Positions 63,852 through 64,000 of a stretch of DNA of 64,000 bases are shown here, piece after piece. The stretch spans positions 544,001-608,000 of the forward strand of contig CBDCWC010000002.1 of NCBI GenBank assembly GCA_965223295.1. The letters run 5' to 3'. Position numbers and translations under genes: made by a program. The stretch is from Nitrospirales bacterium. GTDB lineage: Bacteria > Nitrospirota > Nitrospiria > Nitrospirales > UBA8639. The notes beneath the pieces were generated by a model, which was given only the letters and a program-made list of their open reading frames with translations, did not search any database and was not told the origin of the DNA. Numbering within the stretch: the first letter of the stretch is position 1; every line of letters begins with the position of its first letter.

Positions 63852-64000
63852 ATGTTGAAAGAGGGATTACATGCCTTACGAGCAGGTCATTGGCCTAGTC
63901 TACTTGGTGCATGGCTGCATTTTGAAGTAAGTTTTATGGTTTGGCTCCTGATTGGAGCATTGAGCATTCCCATCTCAGAAGATTTTGGGCTTTCTGCTTT
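63852..64000 (+). CDS. NarK/NasA-type nitrate/nitrite MFS transporter (3'-truncated by the window)
   Basis: Manual translation MLKEGLHALRAGHWPSLLGAWLHFEVSFMVWLLIGALSIPISEDFGLS matches the NasA-type N-terminus; not in the ORF track. Confidence 0.78.
   Translation, partial: MLKEGLHALRAGHWPSLLGAWLHFEVSFMVWLLIGALSIPISEDFGLSA

Overview
64 kb of a bacterial chromosome, mostly housekeeping genes. Gene content and repeat style suggest Nitrospirota (Nitrospirales); this is an inference, not a database result. In order: 3' end of a 5'-nucleotidase; Rrf2 regulator-DUF2061-DUF423; mscS; a nitrogen-assimilation locus (beta-barrel porin, PII, amtB, glnA, and a GlnE split into two divergent genes, one carrying GlnD-like ACT domains); a small patch of orphan ORFs; clpB; an htrA-type protease; yjbQ; an HD protein; an AsmA/YhdP-like protein; mtnA; a REC-HD-GYP/hybrid-kinase pair; an FAD monooxygenase-NTase-TPM cluster; an epimerase; a PEP-CTERM gene; trpEGDCFBA; a LysM lipoprotein; a MoxR AAA gene with a partner; ligA; mltB; a CNNM protein; rlpA; mutS2; queG; groESL; an rpoH-like sigma factor; and the start of a NarK/NasA transporter. 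Most notable non-coding features: (1) an ANTAR-type twin-hairpin/terminator leader ahead of the ammonium-uptake genes; (2) six ~190-bp and two ~140-bp MITE-like elements with different ends but a shared structured core resembling ERIC and RPE-1; (3) a degenerate ~29-bp motif at the boundaries of small orphan ORFs, resembling a cassette array; (4) a CTTG-N17-xTTATCT promoter shared by clpB and groES. No rRNA, tRNA, CRISPR array, integrase or transposase gene was seen.
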